DNA of 64,000 bases from Marsupella aquatica (Eukaryota > Plantae > Marchantiophyta): contig OZ316895.1 in the NCBI GenBank assembly GCA_973895155.1, positions 21,278,558-21,342,557 of the forward strand, given 5' to 3'. The position numbers and the translations under genes were made by a program. Below are positions 25,951 to 37,653 of this stretch, one piece after another (positions within the stretch are counted from its first letter, which is position 1; the number at the start of each line of letters is the position of its first letter). The notes below the pieces were generated by a model. That model was not told the DNA's origin. It made no database searches and worked only from the letters and a program-made list of their open reading frames with translations.

Positions 25951-26506
25951 TGCAACGCACGGGTATTGAGCTAGTGTACTTATAATCACATGGTCTGGAG
26001 ACTTCACTTAAGTAACCCAAGTGAGTAGCTTTTGATTGGAAATTTACTTTTATGCCCTTAGCATCATGGTCTAGAGAAGGGCATCATGGTCTAGCTTCAT
26101 GATTGCAAATATGTGGTTATTACCCTCATTACCTGTTCCTTGATGGAAATAGAGATGAGGAAGAGAAAGTACCCTGCAAAAAAATAATTTAAATTCCAAG
26201 CTATTTCCTGTTTAGCTTTTGCTTTCATCCTTGTTTTTCGTCTACATTGACACTTCTTTTGTATACCCTCACTTTCAGTGATGCCTACAATTAACAGTCA
26301 CTGTTATAGAAATGATCCTCTTTAGTTAGAGTCATGGTCTAGAGGCTGCATTCTAGACCCAGGGAATAGTTTTTGATTGTGCATTATTGCTTAGATAGAT
26401 AGAGAATCGGACCTAGATGTCATAAATACACATTGATAGTGGGAGGCTCTATATGCTTGATGGATCCACAAGGTGAAAAGTGCTACTTGATGGGACCACT
26501 GAGTGA

Positions 26507-26720
26507 TCTACCTTGTTGAGAGCCTCTGTAGATCTTAATTAAGTCAACCTAGTACCCAAAACCTCATGGAGATAGATGGGGAGTTTGGTTTGAGGTCATT
26601 CAAGCAAACACCTATCTACCTTGTTGAGAGCCTATGTAGATCTTAATTAAGTCAACCTAGTACCCAAAACCTCATGGAGATGGTTGGGGAGTTTGGTTGG
26701 GGTTATTCAAGTAAACACCT
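26507..26720. repeat. Two-copy 108-bp tandem direct repeat
   Basis: TCTACCTTGTTGAGAGCCT.TGTAGATCTTAATTAAGTCAACCTAGTACCC... starts at 26507 and at 26615. Confidence 0.85.
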
Positions 26721-27204
26721 CTAGTTGGAAAGCACTTCAATAAAGCTTTAAAGTTTTGGAATTGTTTCTTCAGAATGATGTTAATTAAAGTTGAGAGCTC
26801 TAGAACTAAGAGGTTCCAGATGAAAGGTCTGCTGGTGGGGTCTTAGTTTAACTCTCTCTCCCTTTGCCCAGAGAGACATGACTTTGTGGTAGCTCACTTG
26901 AGTAGAGACTGATAGGTTTTGGGTCTTGGCGGACTCTTCCCTTTATGTGGGGTTTCACAGATTTCTTAAATTAAAAAAAAAAACTCTCTCTCCCTTCTAA
27001 TCTGGGTCCGTCTCATTGGGTATGGTCCACCCTTTTTGGTTACCCATGCTCCACAGCATTACGTGTATCTTCACTCTTGGATGGGTCTGCTTTTGGCTTT
27101 GAAGGCAAGAATGGACTGTAGCAACTGGCTATCGGCAGCCACCGCTTGCACTACAGACAACATTGAATGCCATTCGGATGACTTATAGAAGGAAATATAG
27201 AAAA

Positions 27205-28933
27205 CTAGCTCAATACCTGTGCGTTGCACAAAAGATGTCGTGACGGCCAAGATGTCGTTGAGAACAAAAGAGGTCGTGTCGGCCAAGAGGTTGTTGAGAA
27301 GAAAGATGTTGTGTCGGCCAAGAGGTCGTTCAGAAGAAAGAATGATGTCATGTCGCCCAAGATGTTGTTGAGAACAAAAGATGTCGTGTTGGCCAAGATG
27401 CAGGTGATAACAAAAGATCTCGTGTCGGTCAAGAGGTCATTGAGAAGGAAGATGTCGAGTCGGCCAAGAGGTTGTTGAGAAGGAAGATGTCGAGTCGGCC
27501 AAGAGGTCGTTGAGAAGGAAGATGTTGTGTCGGCCAAGATGCCGGTGATAACAAAAGATGTAGTGTCGGCCAAGTTATTGAGAACAAAAGATGTCGTGAA
27601 GAAAATACCCGTGTGTTGCACAATAGATGTCATGAAGAAAAAGATGTTCTGTCCCCCAAGATGTTGTTAAGAAAAAAAATGTCATGATGCCCAAGATGTT
27701 ATTAAGAAAAAAGTTGTCGTGTCATCTAAGATGTCATTAAGAAAAGCAGACATTGTGTCGCCCAAGCTGTTGTTATTTAAGAAAAACGATGTTGTGTCAC
27801 CCAAGATACCGTTAAGAAAAAAAGATGTGGTGTCGCATAAGATGTTCTTAAGAAAAAAACTGTTGCACAAAAAGGGCGCAGAAAATGAGTAACAACAATC
27901 ACAAACTATCACCAATTAATAATGATTTTTGTCTTTGTATTTTTCATTTTTTAATTCCTTGTAAACCTTTTAAAATGTGAAGAAACTGCACATGATGAAG
28001 CTTTAGTTATTGCCCTCAATGTGTTGCCATTTCATTCAAAAACATATCCATTTTTTTAGTGTACTTGTTTTCTTGGAGCCAGTATCAAGTGGAGGGGCAA
28101 GTCCAGATTGAGTTCATTGTATAGCACATGCAAATACAGTAAACTCTAGATAAGTGATACTCTGACTATTCGATTGCACTAAATTGTTTTACCATTCCTT
28201 GATAAGTGCACACCCCCTAAAATTTTCACTTAGTAATAAATGGCATCTCCACAGGTGAGCAGCCGTGTGACTCATTACACAAAATGTGAATACTTGCCCT
28301 AAATTTGATGTTTATAAGTCCAAATTTTCCTTTACCTAAAAAGGGTGTGCACTTATCAGTAAATGCAATCTCATTGAATTATGTGTTTACTGATAAGTGT
28401 ACCATCTTTCTTAGTTTGAGTACAAAATGCACTTATAAATTGTTTTACACTTATTAAAGTTATCATTTAGCTAAATGATTTGATATCTATTTGGCCTTAG
28501 AAAAGGTGAAAAAATGCAAACTTCTTGTAAAATGAGAAGAAAAAATAGGATGACTTCTACTAAACCAAATTGGCTCTTGGACAGAACCAATTGTACATTG
28601 GGGCATGAATAAATATTGTATATAGAAGAATTGAGAGGGAATTGAGAGAGATCAGGGATTGGGCTTGTCCTGACAAATACATTATGCCAGGGTATGTACT
28701 TGCAAGAACAATAGGAGGATAGAGGGGGGAATCCATTGGCCTACTATAGGGAAGTATGGAGGGAAGAATAAAAAAGATTGTTTGTACTTGTTTTGTAGGG
28801 TTATCTTTTTGCAAAGTTTGGTTAATTTATTTCTTCTATACTAAGTTTATTTAGATTTTTTTTGACACACAAACTGCAAATTCAAATGATGACAACTTCA
28901 AAAAAGGGCGCAACTCTTTATTATAGTTCTTGA
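27205..28933 (-). mobile_element. Non-autonomous Helitron (1.7 kb)
   Basis: On the minus strand the 5' end is A|TCAAGAACTATAATAAAGAGTTGCGCCC and the 3' end is GTGCAACGCACAGGTATTGAGCTAG|T. It has the subterminal minisatellite and no coding capacity, and is collinear with the 37038-42342 element. Confidence 0.92.
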
Positions 28934-29224
28934 TGGGGGAAAAAAATACTTCAACCCAAAATTCCATCCACCATTGGTAAAACCAAATTTAAGAGCAACA
29001 CTAAACATGCCGGTCCATAGATACTCCAAGAGCAATCGGCGGCCCAAACCTCATCCTATCTGGACTCACGCCCAAAGCCGTCAGATCGAACAAACGAGGA
29101 CCATTTATTCAAAAAGTTAATGTCCACGGCCCAGATCGCCCCCTTGAATTGAGTGGACCATATCCGCCGTTCGATCGGGCACGGACGAACGAAGCAGTGC
29201 CACGGCGCAACGAGGGCACGACCA

Positions 29225-29357
29225 ACGTGTCAACCGCGGAGAACCCACCCGTTATCCGCAAACCCCCGGTCTCCACTGACTCTGCCTTGGCATGGTCGCG
29301 CAGAGCCAACCCCCGTGTGCCACGATTGCAAGCTTCATGGTCTTATCTGGCACGTGG
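29225..29357 (+). promoter_or_regulatory. Putative ABRE/G-box motifs upstream of the LEA-LysM gene
   Basis: ACGTGTC at 29225-29231 and CACGTGG at 29351-29357, ~380-510 bp upstream of the ATG. Function is inferred only. Confidence 0.4.
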
Positions 29358-29734
29358 TGGCCCACGATTCGCCCGCTCTATCGTCCCCTCGTCTAGGCGT
29401 CTTCGCCGAGAGCCCGTGCGTTACATGTATACATGACTGTACAGTGGAGAGAAGCTACACTAGAGAAGGGAGCTTGAAGCGTGGGGAGAGTACAAGAGAA
29501 CGTCAGAGTCGAGCACAGTTTCTTGATCGAGATTGGAATTCAATTTTAGGTTTTTCGAGTTCTTTTTATTCCGCGTGGTGGGTTGTGATCCAGGCTTCGA
29601 GTTCTTCATTCTGCTCGCTTTGTGCGCACGATCGGTCGAGGGAATTGGCCGCGCCGAGCTGGAATCTGCAGCCGTCGCAGTGGAGTGGTGGTGAGTTGAG
29701 TTGAGTGTGGAGGAGGAGAGGAAGGGGAAGGAAG

Positions 29735-30790
29735 ATGTCTGGAGCGCAAGGGAACGGGGCGGCAGCGAAAGGTCCACCGAAGGGGGATGACAAGAAGGAT
29801 GACACCATAGTGAAAGTCACGGCTGTCGTTATAGCGACGGGAATTGGGTACAGCTTGTACAAGTCGGTCTTTGTGGGCAAGAAGGAGGAGCGCGCACACG
29901 GATATCCCAAAGGGGAGCCCTTCCATGAGCAGATCAATATTGGAAAGCCTGATGGACTCTCCAGGTTCGAGGCAGGGGTAAAGGAGAAGGTTGGAGAATT
30001 CAAGGGAGGTGTTGGAGAATTCAAGGGAGGTGTTAAGGAGAAAGTTGGAGAATTCAAGGGAGGTGTCAAGGACAAGTTTGGAGCTGCCAAGGAGAAAGCT
30101 GGAGAATTCAAGGGAGGTGTCGAGGAGAAAGGCAGAGAGGCGAAATACGCCGCTGAGGAGAAAGGCAGAGAGGCGAAATACGCTGCTGAGGAGAAAGGCA
30201 GAGAGGCGAAATACGCCGCTGATGAGAAAAGAAGAGAGGCGAAATACGCCGCTGAAGAAGCGGAGGAGGATGTGAAAGAGGCTGTGGAAGAGGGGAGGGA
30301 GAAAGCAGCCGTGCAGGAGGGTAAAACCCAGCAGCAGTGGGGCGGCTGGTTTAGTTGGCTCGGCGGACAGGCCAACAAGGAGAAGGACGAGGCTGCAGCC
30401 AAGGCAGAGAAAGCAAAGGAGGAGACGAAGAGAACTGTAGAGGATGGTGAGAAATCTGCTGAGGTGAAGGGGAAGAACTTTTTTGACAAAGCGGATGAGG
30501 AGTTGATCAGGGAGAAGGAGGCAATCCAGAAAGGCCTGGCTTCGGCTGAAGAGAAAGTGGAGAGGGCAGGTGCTGCAGTTGCAAACAAGGTACATAAGCT
30601 GGCACCCGGAGGGAAACCGCATGGAGGTAAACCGAAGAAAGCCTACAAAGAGTATTACATCGTTCGTGGTGACACTCTCTGGGGCATCTCGAGGAGATAT
30701 GGAGTATCCATTGACGAGTTGAAATCAGAAAACGGTATCTGGAATGCAGATTACATCGTGGCAGGAGACACCCTCACCATTCCCAAGTAA
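29735..30790 (+). CDS. LEA-like 11-mer repeat protein with N-terminal hydrophobic segment and C-terminal LysM domain (~351 aa, intronless)
   Basis: ATG at 29735. Hydrophobic IVKVTAVVIATGIGYSLY. Repeats KEKVGEFKGGV and EEKGREAKYAA (33-bp DNA repeats). LysM domain YYIVRGDTLWGISRRYGVSIDELKSENGIWNADYIVAGDTLTIP. Confidence 0.9.
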   Translation: MSGAQGNGAAAKGPPKGDDKKDDTIVKVTAVVIATGIGYSLYKSVFVGKKEERAHGYPKGEPFHEQINIGKPDGLSRFEAGVKEKVGEFKGGVGEFKGGVKEKVGEFKGGVKDKFGAAKEKAGEFKGGVEEKGREAKYAAEEKGREAKYAAEEKGREAKYAADEKRREAKYAAEEAEEDVKEAVEEGREKAAVQEGKTQQQWGGWFSWLGGQANKEKDEAAAKAEKAKEETKRTVEDGEKSAEVKGKNFFDKADEELIREKEAIQKGLASAEEKVERAGAAVANKVHKLAPGGKPHGGKPKKAYKEYYIVRGDTLWGISRRYGVSIDELKSENGIWNADYIVAGDTLTIPK

Positions 30791-33700
30791 AGTGTGATTG
30801 ATGCGAAATCCATGAATCGCAAGCTGTGGTAAATTTTTGTGTACACAGAGCTCTTGTAGCTGTAGATAGCTCATTGGCTCGGACCCTAACCAAACTGTAC
30901 GATATACCAACCATCCCTGAGAGACTAGCAACTGGTAAAGGGTCTCGAGTGGGCAGCCTCTAGCCGAGTGGGCAGCCTCTAGCCTCTTGGTGTTGAAATT
31001 TTGTGTACACAAAGCTGTCGGTAGGTAGCTGCGGCGATAATCTTTGAGGAGCCTCAATTTGATGTACTATAATGGCAGTCGCTTCCGTTCACTCAATAAA
31101 TATCATTTGGATACCCTTTGGACATCTCAACTGCACTGGAGAAGCCCACCCCTGACCCGAGTTCGAAGTATGCAAATTATTCTGAAATCGAACTACCGCT
31201 TTGCATGATGACTGAATAGAATGTATTTATCGGCTTGATCTCATTAGCAAATTTCCTCACATGCTTGATTCCAATCTGATCTCCAATGCTTGATCGCCTG
31301 GCAACATTCGTTGTAAGATTCCCACTCATAGGCCCCATTGCTCGTGAGTGCTTGCAGCAAACGTGTTGCTCACAGGCTGGGATATTTGAAAGCTGACGTT
31401 CTTGATCGTTTGGCTATGTTTATACTAACCTGTCAATTCAGTGTAAAGTATTTGCGAAAGTCCTCAATTCTTCTGAATCAAACGCATAAGGTATTGGTAA
31501 TGGCGGAACGGTCTCAACAAACCTCGAACATGGGAGATAGAGTTAATCTCGTCGGTGGCCTTTGTATAAAAGAGCTCTCTACTCTTGATCAGAGACTGGC
31601 ACTCGGGATGACAGCATTTGCTAGAGAGTACGATTTGGGGATTGACGTCCATTCAGTTCTTAAATCCAACCCGCCCCTCATCCACTTGCTTGACTGTGTA
31701 AAGAATCACACGAGGCAGGGACCAACAGAATACCTTCAATGTGTTGTCAAATGTGTGTATGGTGTAACCTCTTGAATTGAGTCGTTTTGAACCTTTGCGT
31801 GAGATGTTCTCAGCTAGTCCTTGATTTCAAGGGATGGGTGCTCACCATTTGTTTGATCTTCCTTCGTTTATGCACTACATTTTTTCGAACGATCATAAAA
31901 CCGTGTTGGCAATATTCTGCAGAAAAGCGGATTTCGAACGATCATACACCTTGTTAGGATGTCCTGTAGAAAAGCCCATAAACCCACAAACCCACAGCGA
32001 TTTCTGAGAAGAGAATGATCAGTGAATCGAACGAATCTGGGAGATCCTGCAGCCAAGTTTGTGAAGCTCTTGGCTGATGGCTCTTGAGATCTTAAAGTCT
32101 GATTGATCTCATTTGATTTTGAAGCTCAGAGCACCCGAATTGGTCATATTTGTTGAAGAACAAGCATTGGTAATCCTCGTGCTGTACTGAATTTAATAGT
32201 CCCATTTCAGAAAATTAATACTTCATTGCCTGGCCTGTGTCGAAGGATTCAATCGAGACAAAATTTCTGGTGACCTTGTCATCCGTCACTTAGTGATGGG
32301 CAGGAAAGGGTTCCTCCACTTCACCGGTGATGCATGGTGTACATCTGTCATTCTTTGAGCCGTGCATGATGGACGGAAAGTTCGATGTTTCATTAGTTTC
32401 AGGTGAAAATCCTTCTCATACATGAAACTTTTTTGATCCCGTCCGCGCACACGACTGTACCACTCTCCCACCAAACCAGATTCATGCTCTCGAATAAGCT
32501 CTTGCAAATCTTCTTTCATCCACTTCTCTTGCTTCCAGGAAAGCTCCATTGAAATAGGTGACCCTTAAAATGGCCAGGCAGGCCAGGCAGACCTTTATTG
32601 CTTCCAGGAAAGCTTCATTCGAATAGGTGACCCTTAGATTGCCCAACCCATGACCCTCAGATTGCCCAAGCCAATTTATAGAGGAAAGATTTGAATTATT
32701 CTTCCAGTAGACCCGAGGAGTCTTATTTGGACAACTCCCGAGATGGGAGGACTTTAGTTTGGTTTGACCATTACCCGTAAATTTCTACAGGTGTCAAGAT
32801 AAAAATGCCCCAATGTGCGGGGGGTTCACATGTCCAGGTGGACAGCCCATCATATGAAATGAGCGTTGGTTAGTTTCTTCCAATTTGAGTGAGTTGTAAA
32901 AGAGGTTTAAAAAACCAAAAATGCCATGTGTCACGATTGACATAGATATGTTGCAGGACGGTGAAGAAGGTGCATTTTGTTCTCAGCCCAATTCTCTCTC
33001 CAGCACTGCTAAGGGTGGCTTTAGAAGACTTTAGGAGCAGTCTGTTTGAACTTTTTCTTGATCTCCAAGATGTGATCATGGCAATCCCTTGGGGACATAC
33101 AATAGCAATCCCTTGGGGACATACAGCTGCAGTTCGCTTTCAAAACATTGGGGGGCAATGTTTTTCTACACTGTTGCTGATGGTACATGGAGGGGCCCAA
33201 ATTTTGCTAATGTGAAGCACATTTTTGTCTCAGATTTTAGACCACCTAGGTCTCTTGATATGGCAGCTTGGTCCATTCCTATTACAAGTCATGTAAGTCA
33301 AAAGCCAACCCACAAGTTCTGACTCTGGTGCGAGTCAGTACTAGACTAACTCTAGTCAAAGAACTACCTTTCAGATGAAGTGTGTCCCCAATTTGTCTTG
33401 TAGCAAATTAGTCCAGCGCCTTTGCTACAGTTGGCTTTAAAAGAGGTTTGGGGCCATAAAAGGATTCCAAAAACCCTTTTAGAGTGGTACACTACCGATC
33501 TTTAATATCTCAAATAATCCTCCAGTTTGCTTTGCAATTAGCTTTGCAAGATGTTAGGACTCATAAAAAGATTCCAAAAACTCATTTAGCCCAGGTACAA
33601 TATCTAAAAACTCATTTAGCCCAGGAACACTGTCTTTAGTATGTCAACCGGCCCTCCAGTTTGCTTCGATGCAAAAGTTCACAAACGCCCTAGTGTCTTT

Positions 33701-34967
33701 GTAAAGCCACTCTGAGGCGAGCTCTGAGGAGGAGAAAGGTATTCTAGTCTATAAGCGAGACTTGGCCAGGGCGTAAGTAAATATTATCTCTACACTAATG
33801 ACCTCCATGATTGCACGATGCATGCCTCAAACTCAGCGTGGACTCTCGAATGATGCGGGGAGTGATGAAATCGCCCACACTGCTGTCTAGTACAGTCATT
33901 TCTTCATTTTCGCTCACTGTCAATTTTGCCGTATGCCATTACAACTGACCCTGATAAAATTATTGACAGCAAGCGACGTGAGTTTGATCTGTCACGCTGA
34001 GTTCAATGAACGAATTGGTCAGCACACTGTATTCAAGCACAGGCATGGTGATACTTAGGAAGTACCCGCCATCGTTACAACTCCAGCAAAGCACGTGATG
34101 CACGGAGGTGCAGTCTCGAGCTCATCCTTATCTTTATGAGTGGCAGCCATAAAAACTCTGTCTAGTTGTCTACAGTTTTGTTTCTTGCACCATAATTACG
34201 TCCGTTATGCATCCTCCAGCAACTTGAAAATCCAGAGAAACATAATTGTTACCCAATGGGCTAAACTCCTGAAGTACCCAAGAAATTTCTTTCTCACCGT
34301 GGCTTCGTCTGGTTGTTCATTCAATTGAAGCTCACTATCTTTGTCATGCATCTTCTATCAAATCTAGCTTTGATCTTTGTCATCTCATGATTATGTACAA
34401 TTCATGCGGAAGCGGAGTGGCTAGGCAGAACCTGGCTGGAGTCTGTTTGAATCTTGACCATGATCAAATAATCTGTAGTTCTCGCTGTGAGTAGGGTGAA
34501 AACTTAGATTGACAGAAGTTCGATACTATCTGATTAATTCGAGTCTCCTGCAAAGACTTAAAGAAGAGTATCAGAATGAAATACAATCCAACAGAAGATT
34601 TAATAACTCGATCATGACAAAATTAACATACAATAGCCTCTCACCCGATTCTCCAAGTACAATGATGCTGTCTCTCAAATATTAACTTGATTCAATATTA
34701 GCCGGAGCTCGTAGTACTAGCTCATGTGAACTCTCTACGTACACTGTTGATATAGTCTAAAGTGGTATATATCTCAAGACGCTTAGTGCATCCATCCTTT
34801 AGTTTAATATGAACAGGGTGGTCTATATACAGTCAATCGGGGGACTCAATGAGCCAAAATCGTGCGGGATGGTCACATCTAGATTTGCAACCCGAAACCT
34901 TCAAAATGACTCGTGAAAGTACACGTGATGCGTACCTCAGATCGAGTCCTAAATTCAATTTGAAGGT

Positions 34968-36035
34968 CTAGTTGACAGTGAGTGACTTGGACAAGCGATC
35001 CTTCTCAAAGAAAGCGAGAACCTTGCGCCATCTCTCTGAGGACTTCAATTTGTGTACAAGGACAGCGTCAGTTGTTAGCTCGCGTGCACACGGCCCTCCT
35101 GCGTCGATGTAATCATAGAACAAGTCCCTAATGAAGGGCCGGTTCTTCGCCACGGCACCGTCCCGAAACCAGTCTCCAACCAGCGTATCTTCCGCTCCGA
35201 TGGTCTTGTTTCTCGGAATCGGAGAGTCGTTGATCCACAGGACCAGGTCCCACGAAATCAGATACCCAGCTCCAGCGAAGAAGTGAGCACCATGAGGTGA
35301 ATTTTTGTCACACCGCAAGTCGTAACCGTAGAAGAGGTCGGTCCTGGGCATGAGACTTAGCTGCTTGCCCAGATTTGACAACCGGACATAAGAGTCATCG
35401 TCGGTTTTCATCACGTAATCGTACTTCACACCCATCGTCACCAAGATGGTGAAATAGACGAACGTCTTGCCCTTGTTCATGTTCTCCTCGCACGGAAGGA
35501 CCACGATGTCTCCGAAGGTGGCATTCTCCATCCCCACCCAAATTCTGTCCTCCTCCTTTTCGAGCGCTCCCAGGACGAACCTCACTGTGAAATCCGCGTT
35601 GTCAGACGACTGGACAGCGTAGGCTAGTCGAACCTGGTGCCGGCGATCAGAAGCCCCAGCCGTCGTCAGGATTCCTACCACAACGCTGAATTTCTCTGGT
35701 CGTTGAAGTTTGCTGGCTGGAGAACCAGCTAGGCTCCCATTTTCAGTTGCCATGATTTTGGTTTGCTCCGAGCTTTCATCAGCCTTGATGTAATGGTACC
35801 TGCAATTGCGACACTCTATGTCAGTGCGAGCTCTGGTGGAGTTTGGAGAGAGGTAACCTGGGAAGTCTTCGCATTGAATCACATTTTGCAAGATGCGGCG
35901 GAGAAGCTCTGGACTCATGAGCAGAGTGACGTAGAAGGCGAATAGCATGATCAGAATGAAACCCGCTGCAACATATACTCCCAAGAGAGCTGAGACCAGG
36001 GGGCCTAGTTTCCCCTCTTTTCGCATGAAACCCAT
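34968..36035 (-). CDS. GT31 beta-1,3-galactosyltransferase-like protein, intronless, paralogue 2
   Basis: TM, RRHQVRLAY, ENATFGDIVVL, ENMNKGKT, YVMKTDDDSYV, GAGYLISWDLV, EDTLVGDWF and VHKLK. Confidence 0.92.
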   Translation of the reverse strand: MGFMRKEGKLGPLVSALLGVYVAAGFILIMLFAFYVTLLMSPELLRRILQNVIQCEDFPGYLSPNSTRARTDIECRNCRYHYIKADESSEQTKIMATENGSLAGSPASKLQRPEKFSVVVGILTTAGASDRRHQVRLAYAVQSSDNADFTVRFVLGALEKEEDRIWVGMENATFGDIVVLPCEENMNKGKTFVYFTILVTMGVKYDYVMKTDDDSYVRLSNLGKQLSLMPRTDLFYGYDLRCDKNSPHGAHFFAGAGYLISWDLVLWINDSPIPRNKTIGAEDTLVGDWFRDGAVAKNRPFIRDLFYDYIDAGGPCARELTTDAVLVHKLKSSERWRKVLAFFEKDRLSKSLTVN

Positions 36036-36915
36036 CACGACTAACTTGTCTACACCTTTGGATCGGTGACGACCTCTAGTTCTTAAGTGTATGTCGTATA
36101 ATCTATATCAGCTCCAGATAATGCCTAGCTTTACTTCCACTGGTCTGAGAATTGATCATCATGATCTCGGCAGAATCATTGTTGAGATCCTGAACCAGAC
36201 TTGAAAATATATTGTTCAAGCTTGATCCCTAGAACACCACCTTTCACTGGGCTTGTGAGGGAAGGCCCCCAGGCCAGGGGTGAAAACTTCACTGGTGTGG
36301 ACGACAAGAACAACGATCAACCTGCCCATGATAAGTAAAACACACCAGTGATCCAGGAAGAGCGATTGAACCGCCTACTGCCCAATTGAGATCGACCAAA
36401 ATCTACAATGGTCCTTTGGAGGATCGAACGAGACCTGATCTAACTGGCTATCCTAACATTCGCTTCATTGTGCTCGTCCTAGTCACAAACTCTACATTGC
36501 CTTTCGAACGACGGCAATTTACTTGCTCAAGTATGAGAAGAATCATGGTGTTCTCTGGTCAGTTTTTCTCAACGTACGCCCTGGTCCGACTACAATATTA
36601 ACAAGAGTCAATGAGGTGACTGTCAAGTTCCGGCCCTGCCCCGTAATTTTGTTTGGGCGTCACCGTACTAGCTGTAACTTAATTTTTTTGTCCTGAGAAT
36701 AATTATGTTAATGAAGGTGGTCATGGCAAAGGTGCCACTGTCGAACAGCTGTACGTGGCCTACAATCTCCACAACTTCTGGCGAAGAACACGGGAGCGCG
36801 CCGTACAGTCTTAACTACACCATGAAACTAAAATCTCGACACCATCGCGCAAGCCGAACCCTTCATCCATGAGACCATTGAGATGTCTTTTGCCAACTTC
36901 TGTTGTAACTTTGCA

Positions 36916-37033
36916 GCTATTGTGTGCCTATAGAGCCAACCTGCATGTGAGCAGCCCTGAACCTGACTCATGCCGCTATTGTGTGCCTATAGAGCCAACC
37001 TGCATGTGAGCAGCCCTGAACCTGACTCATGCC
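36916..37033. repeat. Perfect 59-bp tandem duplication
   Basis: GCTATTGTGTGCCTATAGAGCC...CCTGACTCATGCC at 36916 and 36975, ending 4 bp before the Helitron 5' end. Confidence 0.9.
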
Positions 37034-37434
37034 AGTATCAAGAACTATAATAAAGAGTTGCGCACTTTTTTAAGTGTTTCTGTGTCAGAAAAAATCTAAC
37101 CAAACTTAGTATAGAAGAAACAAATTAACCAAACCCTGCAAAACGGTAACCCTGCAAAAAAAAGTACACACAAGATTTTCTATTCTTCCCTCTAATAGGA
37201 CAATGGATTCCCCCCTCTATCCTCCCAATGTACTTGCAAGTATATACCCTTTCATAATGTATTTGTCACTACAATCCCAATCTCTCTCAATCCTTCTCTA
37301 TATAATATTTACTCTTGCCCCAATGTCCAATTTGGTTTAATAGAAGGCATTCTATCCTTTCTTCTCATTTTACAAGAAGTTTGCATTTTTTCACCTTTTC
37401 TAAGGCCAAATAGATAACTTTAATAAGTGCAAAA

Positions 37435-37634
37435 TGCTATGAGGTAACTAGTCCTAGACCAGACTAGGAGGTTACCTTTACCATGGTTACCTCAAGACAC
37501 TATATATACACCCGGTTGATCCCCAACCGAGTGATTCATTCATTCATTCATTCATTCATTCATTCATACATTCATTCATACATTCATTCAATCTCTCTCC
37601 CTCTCCAACTATATATGAATCCTATATCACAACA
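37435..37634 (+). repeat. 5' LTR (200 bp) containing (ATTC)n microsatellite
   Basis: Matches the 3' LTR apart from 2 substitutions and 4 extra ATTC units. Confidence 0.92.
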
Positions 37635-37653
37635 CGTTATCAGCACGACTCTC
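37635..37653 (+). other. Primer-binding site complementary to the 5' half/anticodon arm of tRNA-Ile(IAU)
   Basis: CGTTATCAGCACGACTCTC directly follows the LTR and lacks the TGG start of a 3'-CCA-primed PBS. It matches the complement of plant tRNA-Ile GAGCGUCGUGCUAAUAACG (recalled from memory), with C opposite wobble position 34 and one other mismatch. Confidence 0.7.

Larger units (their letters stand above)
16294..25974 (+). mobile_element. Helitron, autonomous type (RepHel-encoding), now inactivated
   Basis: 5' end A|TCAGAAACTATAATACAACGTTGCGCCC. 3' end has a GTGC-AAC-GCAC hairpin (25950-25960) then CTAG|T (25971-25974). Inserted between A and T with no TSD. Encodes Rep and PIF1 helicase domains. 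Confidence 0.92.

Noticed and set aside
16100-27060. Possible older TIR element into which the large Helitron inserted
   Set aside because: The candidate ends (GGGTGACTACCAAA vs TTTTTGGTTACCC) match too weakly and no TSD was found.
25568-27915. Repeat-protein-like ORFs (KDVVSAKRS / TTSWPTRH), also at 41825-42403
   Set aside because: These are translations of the Helitron subterminal minisatellite, open in multiple frames on both strands.
29566-30622. Two ~340-aa antisense ORFs over the LEA-LysM gene
   Set aside because: They are shadow ORFs caused by the purine-rich repetitive sense strand and give low-complexity S/F/L products.
31338-32549. Short ORFs suggesting a decayed gene
   Set aside because: No recognisable motif, consistent frame or splice pattern could be established by eye.
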